A DNA stretch of 64,000 nt from Candidatus Hydrogenedentota bacterium (GCA_045863295.1 BTWA01000013.1:32001-96000); one strand, 5' to 3'; shown: positions 30,733-41,410, counted from the stretch's first letter. Notes: generated by a model not told the origin, from the letters alone. A program made the numbers and translations.

Positions 30733-32556
30733 ATGGAAAGCGCAGTAGCCGATCCCAAACAAACCAACCTATACAAGATACGCCATTCGCTGGCCCACAT
30801 TATGGCGCAGGCCGTGCTCGAGATCCGGCCTGATGCGAAGCTGGGCTTCGGTCCTCCGGTGGATTTTGGATTCTATTACGACTTCGATTTTGGCGATAAA
30901 CCGCTGCAGGAAGGCGATTTCGAAGATATAGAGAATCGGATGAAGCGGATTATCAAAGAACGTCAGGCATTCCAGCACCAATGGCGATCGCTGGACGAGG
31001 CCAAGGCGTTCCTGGGCCAGACGAAACAGCACTACAAAATCGAATATGCCGAGGAGCTGATCGAAACCGGCCGTGCAGGGAACGGGCAACTGGGTTTTTA
31101 CACGAACGGTCCTTTTACGGACATGTGCGAAGGCCCGCATTTAGAGCATACGGGACAGGTTCCGAAGGCGTGCTTCAAGATCGACCGCATGTCGGGCAGT
31201 TACTGGCGCGGGGACGAGAAGCGTCCAATGCTCACCCGGATATACGGGTTGGCATTCGAGACCGGCGACGAACTGAAGGATTACGTTCAGAAGCGTGAGT
31301 TGGCGCGTCAGCGCGACCACCGCAAATTGGGCGCGGAACTCGAACTATTCCTGCTGGATGACGAAGTGGGGCAGGGGTTGCCGTTGTGGCTGCCGAAAGG
31401 CGCCGTCATTCGAGATGAGCTTGAAGCGTGGGCCCGGGAGCAGGAGTTCCGGGCGGGGTATCAACGCGTTTCGACACCGGCGATAACCAAAGGCGAGTTG
31501 TACGTGAGGTCCGGTCACCTTGCGTACTACAAGGAATCCATGTTTCCGCCGATGGCCTGCGACGAAGAAGAAGAGTATTACCTGCGCCCGATGAACTGCC
31601 CTCACCATCACAAAGTGTACGGCGCGCGTCCGCGCAGTTACCGCGAATTGCCCTTGCGCCTTGCGGAATACGGTAATACCTATCGTTACGAGCGCAGTGG
31701 CACGCTGGCGGGCCTTCTGCGTGTGCGCGCCATGTGCATGAACGATGCGCACATCTACTGTGAACCGAGTCAGGTGAAAGACGAGTTCAAGGCAGTCATG
31801 GACATGTACCGCGAGTACTATGGCCACTTGCGGCTCGAAGGTTTCCGGGTTCGTCTGTCGTTGCATGCCAAAGACAAAGACAAGTATGTGGACAACGAGG
31901 GGGAATGGCTGCGATCCGAGGCGGCCGTGCGCGAAGTGCTGCAGGAATCGAACATCGATTTTGAAGAGGAGCAGGGCGAAGCGGCGTTTTACGGTCCCAA
32001 GATCGACATACAGGCCAAGAATGTTGTGGGGCGCGAAGAGACCATATCGACGTGTCAGTTAGATTTTGTGGTGGCGCAGCGATTTGGGCTTACGTACGTT
32101 GCGCGCGACGGATCGCATCAGGTGCCCTACATTATTCACCGGGCGCCTCTGGGTACACACGAACGGATGATATCGTTTTTGATTGAAATGTACGGCGGCG
32201 CGTTTCCCACGTGGATGGCACCGGTTCAAGTTTGTATCGTGCCGGTGAAGGATTCGTGCATGGCGTATGCGCACGAGTTGCGCGAATTGCTGCACGGAAA
32301 TCTATTCCGGGTAGACGTTGACGAAAGCGACGAATCGTTCAACAAGAAGATCCGCAATGCGGTGACGCAAAAGATACCCAACATTTGGGTTATCGGAGAG
32401 CGCGAAGTCGAGGAACGAAAAGTGACTTGGCGGCGTTACTGTATAAAGGAACAGATCGCCGTGGGTATTGATAAGGCCGTGGCGGCGTTACGGGTTTTGC
32501 GCGGTAACCGGTTGATGGATAACTTTCCCGATGTGGCGATACCGGACGTATCCTAG
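30733..32556 (+). CDS. thrS: threonine--tRNA ligase (short form without N-terminal TGS)
   Basis: RHSLAH, DMCEGPH, RDHRKLG, RPMNCPHH, YRYERSG, GEAAFYGPKID, IIHRAPLG. Confidence 0.96.
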   Translation: MESAVADPKQTNLYKIRHSLAHIMAQAVLEIRPDAKLGFGPPVDFGFYYDFDFGDKPLQEGDFEDIENRMKRIIKERQAFQHQWRSLDEAKAFLGQTKQHYKIEYAEELIETGRAGNGQLGFYTNGPFTDMCEGPHLEHTGQVPKACFKIDRMSGSYWRGDEKRPMLTRIYGLAFETGDELKDYVQKRELARQRDHRKLGAELELFLLDDEVGQGLPLWLPKGAVIRDELEAWAREQEFRAGYQRVSTPAITKGELYVRSGHLAYYKESMFPPMACDEEEEYYLRPMNCPHHHKVYGARPRSYRELPLRLAEYGNTYRYERSGTLAGLLRVRAMCMNDAHIYCEPSQVKDEFKAVMDMYREYYGHLRLEGFRVRLSLHAKDKDKYVDNEGEWLRSEAAVREVLQESNIDFEEEQGEAAFYGPKIDIQAKNVVGREETISTCQLDFVVAQRFGLTYVARDGSHQVPYIIHRAPLGTHERMISFLIEMYGGAFPTWMAPVQVCIVPVKDSCMAYAHELRELLHGNLFRVDVDESDESFNKKIRNAVTQKIPNIWVIGEREVEERKVTWRRYCIKEQIAVGIDKAVAALRVLRGNRLMDNFPDVAIPDVS

Positions 32557-32559
32557 CTT

Positions 32560-34521
32560 ATGAGCGCCGCGGGCGCGAAAACGCTTCCGTTGCTGGAGCT
32601 CCTCGCCGTTATGGCGGAATGCCGGGAGGGCGACCGGCGTGAGGGCCTTCTGCTGCGTCAGAACCGGGGCTGGTTTCATGTGGCGGCAACGGGGCACGAG
32701 GCGTTGGCCGCAGCCGCCTATTGTCTTGAGCCGGATGACATGTTGTGGCTCTATTACCGCGACAAGCCCATCGCGATGGCACGCGGGGCATCCAGCTACG
32801 ATGCGGCGCTTGGGTACTACGCCAAAGAGGCATCCAGTTCCGGCGGCCGGATGATGCCGAGTCACTTCAGCAGCCCTTCACTCGGCATTGTCAGTGTGGC
32901 GACGACAACGGGCACGCAGTGCGTTCCGGCGGCGGGAACCGCGTGGGCTTTCAAACTGGCGGGCAAATCGAACGTGGCGTTGTGCACCATCGGCGACGCT
33001 TCGACGCGCCAGGGCGAGTTCTTTGAGGCGCTCGCATTTGCGCTTCAGGAAAAGCTGCCGGTTGTTTTTCTGGTGGAAGACAACCATTACGGTATCAGCA
33101 CGCCGACTGCCCACATGACTCCCTTTGCCATTGGCGCGCTGTCCAGCGATTGCCTCGTGCATGTAAATGGGCGAGATGCGATTGAGGTCTACGAGAAGTG
33201 TCTGTGTGCCGTTGACAAGGCGCGCGCGGGTCACGGTCCCACAGTGTTGTGGTGCGATCTAGATCGGTTGGCCTCGCATACGAGCTCCGATGATCAGCGC
33301 GTGTATCGAGCCTTGGATGAACTGGTAGCGGCGACGCACCGGGACCCGCTGGATTTGCTGGCCAATAGGTTGATTGCCGAGGGTCAATTCGCGCCCGAGG
33401 CGTGGGCAGTGCTGCAAAAGGACATTCGCGCGCGCGTGGACGATGCGTACCAGCAAGCGGACACGCAGGCCGATCCGGTTGATGTGGAGACTTACTTGTA
33501 CGGCACCTGCGAAGCGCCGCCCTTTCCTTTTGACCCGCCCGCGGAACCGACGACGATGGTTGCACTGATCAATCAGACCTTGCGGGCCGCCCTGCAGAGC
33601 AATGAGCGGATGGTGATGTTCGGGGAGGATATTGCGGATCCCAAAGGCGGGGTGTTTGGTTTTACCAAGGGGTTGTCTTCGGCGTTTCCGGATCGCGTAT
33701 TCAATTCGCCGCTTGCGGAGGCCACGATAGTGGGCGCGGCGGTGGGCCTTGCGACGGCGGGCATGCGTCCGGTGTTTGAGATTCAATTTGTTGATTTCAT
33801 TACACCCGCGTTGAATCAGTTGATCAATCAAGTGGCAAACATGCGCTGGCGGTCGAAGGGCGAGTGGGCATGTCCCATGGTGTTGATGGCGCCTTACGGG
33901 GCGTATTTACCGGCGGGTGGCATCTGGCACAGTCAGTGCAACGAAGGCGTGTTCGCGCATTTTCCGGGCATTCGCGTGGCGATACCGCACACGCCGGAAG
34001 ATGCGGCGGGCTTGTTGTGGTCGGCGATACACGGCGACGACCCCACGCTTTTTCTGATTCCCAAGCATCTATTTCGTCAAAGGCACGCGATTTCGTCCCT
34101 TGAGGCCGTACCGTTTGGCCGGGCGGTTGTCCGGCGAGACGGAGAAGACGTGACGCTGGTCTCGTGGGGCAACTGTCTTGAATTGTGTTTCGAGGCCGCG
34201 CGGAATTTGAGCGAGAACGGCATCGAAGCGGAAATCATCGATTTGCGGACAATCGTCCCGTGCGACTGGAGCGCCATCGAGGCGAGCCTGACGAAGACCG
34301 GGCGTCTGGTTGTCGTTCATGAGGACAATCGCACGTGCGGTTTTGGCCAGGCGATCATCGCGGAGGCGACAACGCGCGCGTCCATGTGGAATCAACTGTT
34401 GGCACAGCCGCAATTGGTGGCCCGCACAGACACGCCGGTGCCGTACAATCCCGCGCTTGAGTATGCGGCGTTGCCGGACGTGACGCAGATTGTCGACGCG
34501 GTCCAACAAACGCTGGAGTGA
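32560..34521 (+). CDS. 2-oxoacid dehydrogenase E1, fused alpha+beta
   Basis: GDA-x25-N TPP-binding motif, SHTSSDD, GEDI...GGVF, NSPLAEA, EIQFVDF, IIDLRT, KTGRLVVVHED. Confidence 0.92.
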   Translation: MSAAGAKTLPLLELLAVMAECREGDRREGLLLRQNRGWFHVAATGHEALAAAAYCLEPDDMLWLYYRDKPIAMARGASSYDAALGYYAKEASSSGGRMMPSHFSSPSLGIVSVATTTGTQCVPAAGTAWAFKLAGKSNVALCTIGDASTRQGEFFEALAFALQEKLPVVFLVEDNHYGISTPTAHMTPFAIGALSSDCLVHVNGRDAIEVYEKCLCAVDKARAGHGPTVLWCDLDRLASHTSSDDQRVYRALDELVAATHRDPLDLLANRLIAEGQFAPEAWAVLQKDIRARVDDAYQQADTQADPVDVETYLYGTCEAPPFPFDPPAEPTTMVALINQTLRAALQSNERMVMFGEDIADPKGGVFGFTKGLSSAFPDRVFNSPLAEATIVGAAVGLATAGMRPVFEIQFVDFITPALNQLINQVANMRWRSKGEWACPMVLMAPYGAYLPAGGIWHSQCNEGVFAHFPGIRVAIPHTPEDAAGLLWSAIHGDDPTLFLIPKHLFRQRHAISSLEAVPFGRAVVRRDGEDVTLVSWGNCLELCFEAARNLSENGIEAEIIDLRTIVPCDWSAIEASLTKTGRLVVVHEDNRTCGFGQAIIAEATTRASMWNQLLAQPQLVARTDTPVPYNPALEYAALPDVTQIVDAVQQTLE

Positions 34522-34525
34522 ACTT

Positions 34526-35713
34526 GTGGCTACGCTTGAATTGAGAGTGCCGCAATTGGGCGAGGGGCTGGTAGAGGTTCGAATCGTTCAGTTGCTGAAG
34601 AAGCCTGGTGACGAAGTCGATCGGGACGAACCGCTGTACACCATGGAAACGGACAAGGCGGAGGTCGATATAGAAAGTCCGGCGCTGGGCGTGCTGACGG
34701 AATGGTTTGTCGAGGCGAACACGATTGTCCCCGTAGGTACGGTGGTGGCTCATATGGAAGCAAAGGAGGCCGTGCCTTCGGCGGGGGTTTCATTCCGTAC
34801 TGTGCCGGATGCCAAGGCGGGATCTGGAGTGAAAGCCGGAGACGATGCCGGACCCCGCAATGCGGTCATCCCTCCGCGCACCCGCGCCTATGCGCGTTCG
34901 AAAGGTCTCACGATTCAGGAAGTCGAAAGCATACCGGCTGGCGGGGCCAAGCTGATGCCCGACGATGTCGATGCCTATCTCGCGCGCAAGGCGATGGCAA
35001 ACGGTACCGGCGTCGAGTACGACGAAGTACCTATGTCGGCGCGGCAACGGACACTTTTTTACCGGTTGTCGCATGGGTCCGCGCAGGTGGTTCCGGGAAC
35101 GATAGAAGTACCGGTTTCGTGGGAGCCGGTAGAGCGTGTGTACGCCCGTTTCGCCGATGGTGATACCCCCAAGGCCGATCGGCCTTCGCGGTTTATGCTG
35201 GTAGCCTGGGCCGCCGCGCAGGCGGTAAAGGAGTTCGACACTTTTCGTTCCACGATACAGGACGTCAACACGCTTCGCCGATATAAGCATGTGAACATTG
35301 GCATCGCGGTGGCGCTGCCAGACGATGAGTTGGTGACAGCGCTGGTGCAACGTGCGGATGCGTTGCCGTTTGACGCGTTTGCGCGAGAGGCGCGGGCGCG
35401 CATTGACGAAGCGCGAGAAGGACACGATCAGGCCCACCGGGCCGTGGTGCATCTTTCCATTACGGGATTGCACCGGTATGGCATCCGCAGTGCGGTACCG
35501 GTGGTGGTGCCTCCCTCCGTGGCGACGCTTTTCGTGGGCGCGCCGTATGACGCCCCGGTTCTGCGGGATGGCGTTATTGTATTGCAGAAAACGGTGAATC
35601 TCGCTCTAACCTTCGATCACCGCATAATTAATGGCGCGGGCGCGGCCAGTTTCTTAAATCATGTCGTGGAAAAGATCGGAAAACTTGACGACGCCGGTCC
35701 GGGACAATGCTGA
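34526..35713 (+). CDS. 2-oxoacid dehydrogenase E2 (dihydrolipoamide acyltransferase)
   Basis: Lipoyl domain PQLGEG...METDKA; catalytic LTFDHRIING. Confidence 0.88.
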   Translation: MATLELRVPQLGEGLVEVRIVQLLKKPGDEVDRDEPLYTMETDKAEVDIESPALGVLTEWFVEANTIVPVGTVVAHMEAKEAVPSAGVSFRTVPDAKAGSGVKAGDDAGPRNAVIPPRTRAYARSKGLTIQEVESIPAGGAKLMPDDVDAYLARKAMANGTGVEYDEVPMSARQRTLFYRLSHGSAQVVPGTIEVPVSWEPVERVYARFADGDTPKADRPSRFMLVAWAAAQAVKEFDTFRSTIQDVNTLRRYKHVNIGIAVALPDDELVTALVQRADALPFDAFAREARARIDEAREGHDQAHRAVVHLSITGLHRYGIRSAVPVVVPPSVATLFVGAPYDAPVLRDGVIVLQKTVNLALTFDHRIINGAGAASFLNHVVEKIGKLDDAGPGQC

Positions 35714-35716
35714 AGG

Positions 35717-36457
35717 CTATTCCTTTACCGCGTTGAAATACTTTCGATGGCGCGCAAGAAACTGGTCGACGAACGCCGTCATGGGTTTGTTGAGTATTTC
35801 ATCCGGCGAACCGATTTGTTGGCATATCCCTTCGTGAAATACGGCTATGCGGTCAGCCATTTCGAGCGCTTCTTCCTGATCGTGCGTTACGTAGACGGTG
35901 GTAATGGCAAGGCGCCTTTGCAACTCCGCGAGTTGCGTGCGCGTGGCGTAGCGCAATTCGGCGTCGAGGTTGCTCAAGGGCTCATCCAATAGGAGAATTC
36001 CGGGGCGTACTGCCAGCGATCGGGCAAGGGCGACGCGTTGTTGTTGTCCGCCGCTCAGTTGCGTTACGGGCCTGCGGATAACCTGCCTTAGCTGTACAAG
36101 GTCCAGCGTTTCTTCCACGCGATGTTGAATTTCGTTCTTCGGCAACTTGCGGGCTTTCAATCCGAATGCCACGTTTTCAAACACTGTCATGTGTGGAAAA
36201 AGTGCGTAGCTCTGAAACACCAGGGTGGCGTTTCGTTTCTCGGGGGGCACGTCGGTGACGTCGACGCTGTCGAAGTAGAGTTTCCCGCTATCCGGTATTT
36301 CAAGTCCCGCGAGCAAGCGTAAGGTTGTTGTTTTGCCGCATCCGCTTGGGCCTAGCAGGGCGAAAAACTCGCCTTGGGCGATCTGGCACGTGAATTCCTT
36401 GATGCCGCCGCCTTCGGGATAGACCTTGCGCAGGCCTTCGCATCGCACGGCGCTCAT
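35717..36457 (-). CDS. ABC transporter ATP-binding protein (PotA/FbpC-like, short)
   Basis: GPSGCGKTT, FQSYALFPHM, LSGGQQQR, LLDEPLSNLD. Confidence 0.9.
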   Translation of the reverse strand: MSAVRCEGLRKVYPEGGGIKEFTCQIAQGEFFALLGPSGCGKTTTLRLLAGLEIPDSGKLYFDSVDVTDVPPEKRNATLVFQSYALFPHMTVFENVAFGLKARKLPKNEIQHRVEETLDLVQLRQVIRRPVTQLSGGQQQRVALARSLAVRPGILLLDEPLSNLDAELRYATRTQLAELQRRLAITTVYVTHDQEEALEMADRIAVFHEGICQQIGSPDEILNKPMTAFVDQFLARHRKYFNAVKE

Positions 36458-37446
36458 GGTCCGGAGAACACCTCGCGGTCCCATCGATCAAACCACCGGT
36501 CCTGATTTGCGGCGAATGATTTCCAGTCAATGTTCATGGGCTTCCATGTCTGGTTTGTCATCCATGCGGGGAGTTGCGCGGAATCGATGTCGGCGCGCGC
36601 GGGCGTTTTCGCATAGGCCTCCCCCTGATGAATCAGCGCGTCCGGCGTGGTGACAAAATCGTAAACGAGTTTTGCACCGGCCGGATTGGGGGCGCCGCTG
36701 ACAATGGCGATGCCTTCGGTCAACAGGGGCGTGTCTTCCGGAATGATCCACGCAAAGGGATATCCGTGCCGGTCGCGTTGGAGTGCAAGATCAGGCATCA
36801 ACCAAACCGAGATCAATTCCGGATTGCGTTTGACATGATCGTACAGTAACTGTGGATTTTCCATATAGTCTTTGGTGTTTTCGTGGAACTTACTGAGCCA
36901 CGCGATTCCCTCGTCTTCCGATGGGGCACGCATGATCATTGCTCCGATAAACGTTCGCAGCGTACCGGATCGATGCGGTTTGCGAAGTGTGATTTTGTTC
37001 TTCCATTTGGGATCCAAAAGGTCGTCCCATGTCTGAGGCACATCTTCCGGTTCGTAGTGACGGTTGTTGTACAGGATGCACAAGGGCGACTTGTACGTGC
37101 CAATCCATTTATTCTCGAGGTCTTTGTACTCCGCGTCTACGGCATCGGCCCATGTGGGCGTATAGGGTTCCAGGAGGCCAGCCTCAGCCGCCTGCATGAA
37201 CATCGTGGAAGGGCCGCCCCACCACACGTCGCAATGCGGACGAGACTTTTCGTTCATAACGCGGGTGAACACCTCTTGCGCGCCCGCATCGTAGAATTGA
37301 AAGTCGATCTCCGGGTGCGCCGCTTCGAAGCGCTGTTCGTAGTCACGCAAGACATCGGGCCCGTGCGGGCTGTATACCATGACGACCTCTTTCGACGAGC
37401 AACCCAATGCGGCTATTGCCATGACTGTAACGAGCCATCGTTTCAT
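36454..37446 (-). CDS. ABC substrate-binding lipoprotein (AfuA/FbpA-like family)
   Basis: Lipobox ALGC; DVWWGG, PQTWDDLLDPKWK, SGT motifs. Confidence 0.85.
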   Translation of the reverse strand: MKRWLVTVMAIAALGCSSKEVVMVYSPHGPDVLRDYEQRFEAAHPEIDFQFYDAGAQEVFTRVMNEKSRPHCDVWWGGPSTMFMQAAEAGLLEPYTPTWADAVDAEYKDLENKWIGTYKSPLCILYNNRHYEPEDVPQTWDDLLDPKWKNKITLRKPHRSGTLRTFIGAMIMRAPSEDEGIAWLSKFHENTKDYMENPQLLYDHVKRNPELISVWLMPDLALQRDRHGYPFAWIIPEDTPLLTEGIAIVSGAPNPAGAKLVYDFVTTPDALIHQGEAYAKTPARADIDSAQLPAWMTNQTWKPMNIDWKSFAANQDRWFDRWDREVFSGP

Positions 37447-38678
37447 GGGAGGCCAACCGCACGTTTCAGTGATTCGAGTGACGGGTCAATATCGTGTGGT
37501 TTTGCAACGTGATCGCGAATGGCATCGAGGTCCTTTATGCCGGTGCCGGTCACGATGCAAGCGATCCGTGTGCTGGACGTGATGTCAGGCAAGTGCCGCA
37601 TGGCCGCGATCACCCCCGCGCACGTCGGTTCGCACAAGATGCCTTCAGACCTCGCCAATTCAAGTTCGCCCGCGAGGATGGCATCGTCGTCAATGGCAAT
37701 GGCAGCGCCGTTCGTCGTGCGGATCGCGGGCAACACGGTGTGGCCGTCGAAAATAATGTCGTCCGCGATGCCGCCCGCAATGGTCTTGGGATTGGGCCAT
37801 GGGTCTTTGAGGGTTTCCAAAAACGGGGTGTTGTTGTCGATAGCCTTCTTAAGCGGTGCGCAACCGGTTGCCTGCATACCCGCGAGGCGCGGAAGTTTTG
37901 AAATGAGGCCCAGGCGCTTGAGATCGAGCAGACCACGCCAAATGCCGCCGAGCAAGCCGCCGCCGCCCACCGCGGCGACAATCCAATCGGGCAAGTCGCC
38001 GTGGGTTTGACAAAACATTTCGTAAGCGATGGTCTTCGCGCCCTCGACGTTGTATGGGTTGTACATGCCCGCGGTCGAGAGGTGGTACCAGCCGAACGTG
38101 TCACAGGCTTCCACGCACAATTTGAATACGTCGCCGGCCGACGGCGAGGCCACACGCACGACGGTTGGTCCATAGGAGGCCGCCTGGGCCGTCTTGCCGG
38201 CGCCGGCCATGCCGTGCATGAACAGGACGGCGCGCATGCCGGCGCGCGCCGCAAAGGCTGCGGCAGCGCATGCCACGTTTCCGGAAGACACAACCGCGAC
38301 GGTATCGGAGCCTATTTCGCGCGCATGACTAATCCCCACGCTTACCTGCCGGTCCTTGAACGATCCCGTGGGGTTTCCGGTTTCGACTTTGAGGAGCACC
38401 TGTCCCGCCCCGATCGATTTTGCCAGCCGCGGTGCGTCGGTGAGGGGTGTAGCGCCTTCATTCAAAGACACAATGGAATCGTCCAAGTCCACGGGCAAAA
38501 GTTCACGGTACGACCATAGCGAGCGCGGAGGCGTCTCGAACAAAGATGCATTTACCTGGGCCGTGGCCTCGATGCTGAAAGGTTCGCCGCATGCGGGGCA
38601 GGCCATGAAATGCGGTTCCAGTGGCGCTGTGTTACCGCATCCATAGCACCGGAACCGAAATCTGTCGCGAAGAGACAT
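37443..38678 (-). CDS. threonine synthase-like PLP enzyme (fold type II)
   Basis: N-terminal CxxC...CxxC; LNEGATPL, NPTGSFKDR, SSGN, EGAKT, VGGGG, TGTGIKD. Confidence 0.85.
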   Translation of the reverse strand: MSLRDRFRFRCYGCGNTAPLEPHFMACPACGEPFSIEATAQVNASLFETPPRSLWSYRELLPVDLDDSIVSLNEGATPLTDAPRLAKSIGAGQVLLKVETGNPTGSFKDRQVSVGISHAREIGSDTVAVVSSGNVACAAAAFAARAGMRAVLFMHGMAGAGKTAQAASYGPTVVRVASPSAGDVFKLCVEACDTFGWYHLSTAGMYNPYNVEGAKTIAYEMFCQTHGDLPDWIVAAVGGGGLLGGIWRGLLDLKRLGLISKLPRLAGMQATGCAPLKKAIDNNTPFLETLKDPWPNPKTIAGGIADDIIFDGHTVLPAIRTTNGAAIAIDDDAILAGELELARSEGILCEPTCAGVIAAMRHLPDITSSTRIACIVTGTGIKDLDAIRDHVAKPHDIDPSLESLKRAVGLP

Positions 38679-38707
38679 GTCGAAATCCTTATTCTATCGA
38701 ACGTACG

Positions 38708-39103
38708 CTACAATCCCAGCGTGAGCATCGCATTGCGCAAATCCGTCCGGTCGATTGGCTTGGCCAGAAAGACTTCGGGCGGCGTCACGTTAAAACGATT
38801 GCCCATGGTTGCCGCATTGTGCTCCGAACCCAGTTCGAAATCATTTACGGAAGTCACCACAATGACTGGGATGGCGCCTGTGGCCGGATTCGTTCGCAGC
38901 GCTTGGAACACCTCGAAGCCGTTGAGCGTGGGCATTCGAATGTCGAGGACAATCGCATCGGGCGCGTGGTGCCCCGCGACATCAATGACTTCGTCGCCAT
39001 CATTCAATTCCAACGTCTGCCACCCGGCTTCATCAAAGACAGTAGCCACGAATTCCCGGACATCGGGGTCGTCGTCGACGATGAGTACTTTTTTGCCGTT
39101 CAT
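38708..39103 (-). CDS. single-domain response regulator
   Basis: VLIVDDD, VLDIRMP, VVTS, KP. Confidence 0.85.
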   Translation of the reverse strand: MNGKKVLIVDDDPDVREFVATVFDEAGWQTLELNDGDEVIDVAGHHAPDAIVLDIRMPTLNGFEVFQALRTNPATGAIPVIVVTSVNDFELGSEHNAATMGNRFNVTPPEVFLAKPIDRTDLRNAMLTLGL

Positions 39104-39174
39104 GAGCCAAAACACCTTGCAATTGCGATTAGAGCAAGTATAGCGCCATGCGCGATCCGGTCCAACCCACGACG

Positions 39175-39879
39175 TTAGTCCCTGCGAAGAGACGTCACGA
39201 GCAGGCGTTTGTAAATCCGGTAGGAGTCCCGAAACTTGTTGAAATGAGAGGTCGGATTTCCGGTTTCGTATATCGTCTGAATCGGACAGGCGGCGACCTT
39301 ATACCCTTTGCGCACGGCGCGCACCAGGATTTCCATCTCGGTATCGTATCGTCCCCCCGGCACCGCACTCAGTATGTAATCGAGAAACGTACGGGAATGG
39401 AGGCGAAACCCGGACTGGGTATCCTGGACCTGCTGTCCAAGGAGGATTCCGGTGAGTCGGGCGGTGAGTTTGTTTCCCAGCCGGCTTCGTAACGGGACAT
39501 GCGCCTGGTCGAACGAGCGCGACCCAATCACGAGGTCCGCCTTTTGAGAATCGAAAACGTCGTATAACCGGGGTAGCTCTGCGGGGTCATGTTGCCCGTC
39601 CGCATCCAGAATGGCAACGCAGGTGACGGCCGAATCGGTGAGTGCTTCGCGAAAGCCCGCGATCATGGCAAAGCCCTTGCCTTGATTGGGCGACAAGTGG
39701 AGCACGCGTACAGGCAAATCGTGTAAGGATTGGGGGGCGCCGTCCGTGCTGCCATCGTCTACCACAATGATTGTGGGCAGCACCTGGAGGGCTTTCTCAA
39801 TCACCGGCCGTATTTTGTTGCCCGCGTTGTAACACGGGACCACGACCGCCAACGCTTGCTTCATCGAATCTTCGCCCAT
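39175..39879 (-). CDS. glycosyltransferase family 2 (DPM1-like)
   Basis: VPCYN, VDDGSTD, NQGKG, DADGQH, DTQSGFR. Confidence 0.9.
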   Translation of the reverse strand: MGEDSMKQALAVVVPCYNAGNKIRPVIEKALQVLPTIIVVDDGSTDGAPQSLHDLPVRVLHLSPNQGKGFAMIAGFREALTDSAVTCVAILDADGQHDPAELPRLYDVFDSQKADLVIGSRSFDQAHVPLRSRLGNKLTARLTGILLGQQVQDTQSGFRLHSRTFLDYILSAVPGGRYDTEMEILVRAVRKGYKVAACPIQTIYETGNPTSHFNKFRDSYRIYKRLLVTSLRRD

Positions 39880-40054
39880 ACGCCCTTCATCCGGTTACGC
39901 CGGTGCGCACTATAGCATGTGGGGCGGTGACAGCTTCCAGCGGGCATATCGCTTTTCACCGATACGGCTTCCTTTTGCGCGGTATTTCGGCTGTATGCCA
40001 TACTCTTCGCCTTGCTTCCTTGGGGGCATTACTTGTGATTTGGAGGTACCCGCC

Positions 40055-41395
40055 GTGAACCGACTTCGTCAATGGATTGCCGATGGGCTGGTGGACACTG
40101 TGATTGTCGCCGGCATTGATATGCAGGGCCGTCTTTACGGCAAGCGTTGCGTGGCCGATATATTTTTGCGCGACATGGCTGAAGGGGTGCATACGTGCGA
40201 CTGCAATTTTGGGTGGGATGTCGCCCGGATGCTCATCGACGGATTGGACTTCACGGGGTGGCACAAAGGCTACGGCGACATGACCATCAAGCCGGACTGG
40301 TCCACGCTTCGCCACTATGCCTGGTTTGACAAAACGGTACTGCTGATTGGCGACACTGTCGATCACCACGGGCATCCGGTAAGTGTCGCGCCGCGATCGG
40401 TCTTGCGCAAGCAGGTAGAAAAGGCGCGTGCGATGGGTTTTGAGGCCATGATGGCGCCCGAGGTTGAGTTTTTTCTTTTTCGCGAGACGCTGGAAAGTTC
40501 GCGGAAGAAGGACTACCGCGATTTGCAGCCGATGTCGGAGTACATATCCGACTATTGCGTTTTCCGTTCTTCGATGGACGAATGGATTATCGGGCAGATG
40601 CGCCGAAAACTCACGGAATCCAACGTCGAGGTGGAAAGTTATAAAGCGGAGTGGGGTTTTGGCCAATGCGAAATGAATTTGCGGTACACCCATGCGCTGG
40701 AGATGGCCGATCGCCACGTAGTGTACAAACATGCGATCCGCGAGATAGCGGCATTAAATCAATGTCAGGCCACGTTTATGGCGAAGTGGGATTCGAAGCA
40801 TTCCGGAAACGGATCGCACGTGCATGTGAGTCTTTGGGAAGGCGAACGGCCCGCGTTTCCGGGCAATGGTCCCCATGGCATGTCCGATACGGCGCGGCAT
40901 TTCATGGGCGGTATGATGCATTTGGCGAAAGATCTGCAATTGTTTTGCGCCCCGACTATCAATTCGTACAAGCGGTATGAAGACTTGTCGTTTGCGCCTA
41001 CTACCATCACCTGGGGTGGCGACAACCGTACCACGGCGTTCCGCATTGCCGGCCATGGCAATTCCATGCGAATAGAGAACCGGATTCCTGGGTCGGATGC
41101 ATGTGCGCATCTATTGTACGGGGCGATGTTGGGGGCTGGCCTTTACGGTATCGAACACAAGCTCGAACCGATCGGACCGTTCGTCCAGGCCAACGCGTAT
41201 ATTGAAACGGACGCACCGAAATTGAACCGGACGCTCGAACAGACGGCCCTGGCGATGGAGCAAAGCAAAGCCGCTCGCAGGATTCTGGGCGACGACGTGG
41301 TCGATCACTACGTGCGCGTGGCGCGGTGGGAAGTGGAGGAGTACAACAAGCACGTTACGGATTGGGAACGCAGACGGTATTTCGAGTTGATCTAA
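40055..41395 (+). CDS. glutamine synthetase-family protein (gamma-glutamyl-amine ligase type)
   Basis: DMQGRLYGKR, GYGD, EVEFF, ATFMAK, GNGSHVHVSL, APTINSYKR, DNRT, RIENRIPG, VTDWERRRY; GTG start after GGAGG. Confidence 0.88.
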   Translation: MNRLRQWIADGLVDTVIVAGIDMQGRLYGKRCVADIFLRDMAEGVHTCDCNFGWDVARMLIDGLDFTGWHKGYGDMTIKPDWSTLRHYAWFDKTVLLIGDTVDHHGHPVSVAPRSVLRKQVEKARAMGFEAMMAPEVEFFLFRETLESSRKKDYRDLQPMSEYISDYCVFRSSMDEWIIGQMRRKLTESNVEVESYKAEWGFGQCEMNLRYTHALEMADRHVVYKHAIREIAALNQCQATFMAKWDSKHSGNGSHVHVSLWEGERPAFPGNGPHGMSDTARHFMGGMMHLAKDLQLFCAPTINSYKRYEDLSFAPTTITWGGDNRTTAFRIAGHGNSMRIENRIPGSDACAHLLYGAMLGAGLYGIEHKLEPIGPFVQANAYIETDAPKLNRTLEQTALAMEQSKAARRILGDDVVDHYVRVARWEVEEYNKHVTDWERRRYFELI

Positions 41396-41410
41396 TGCCG
41401 TCGTCGCGGC

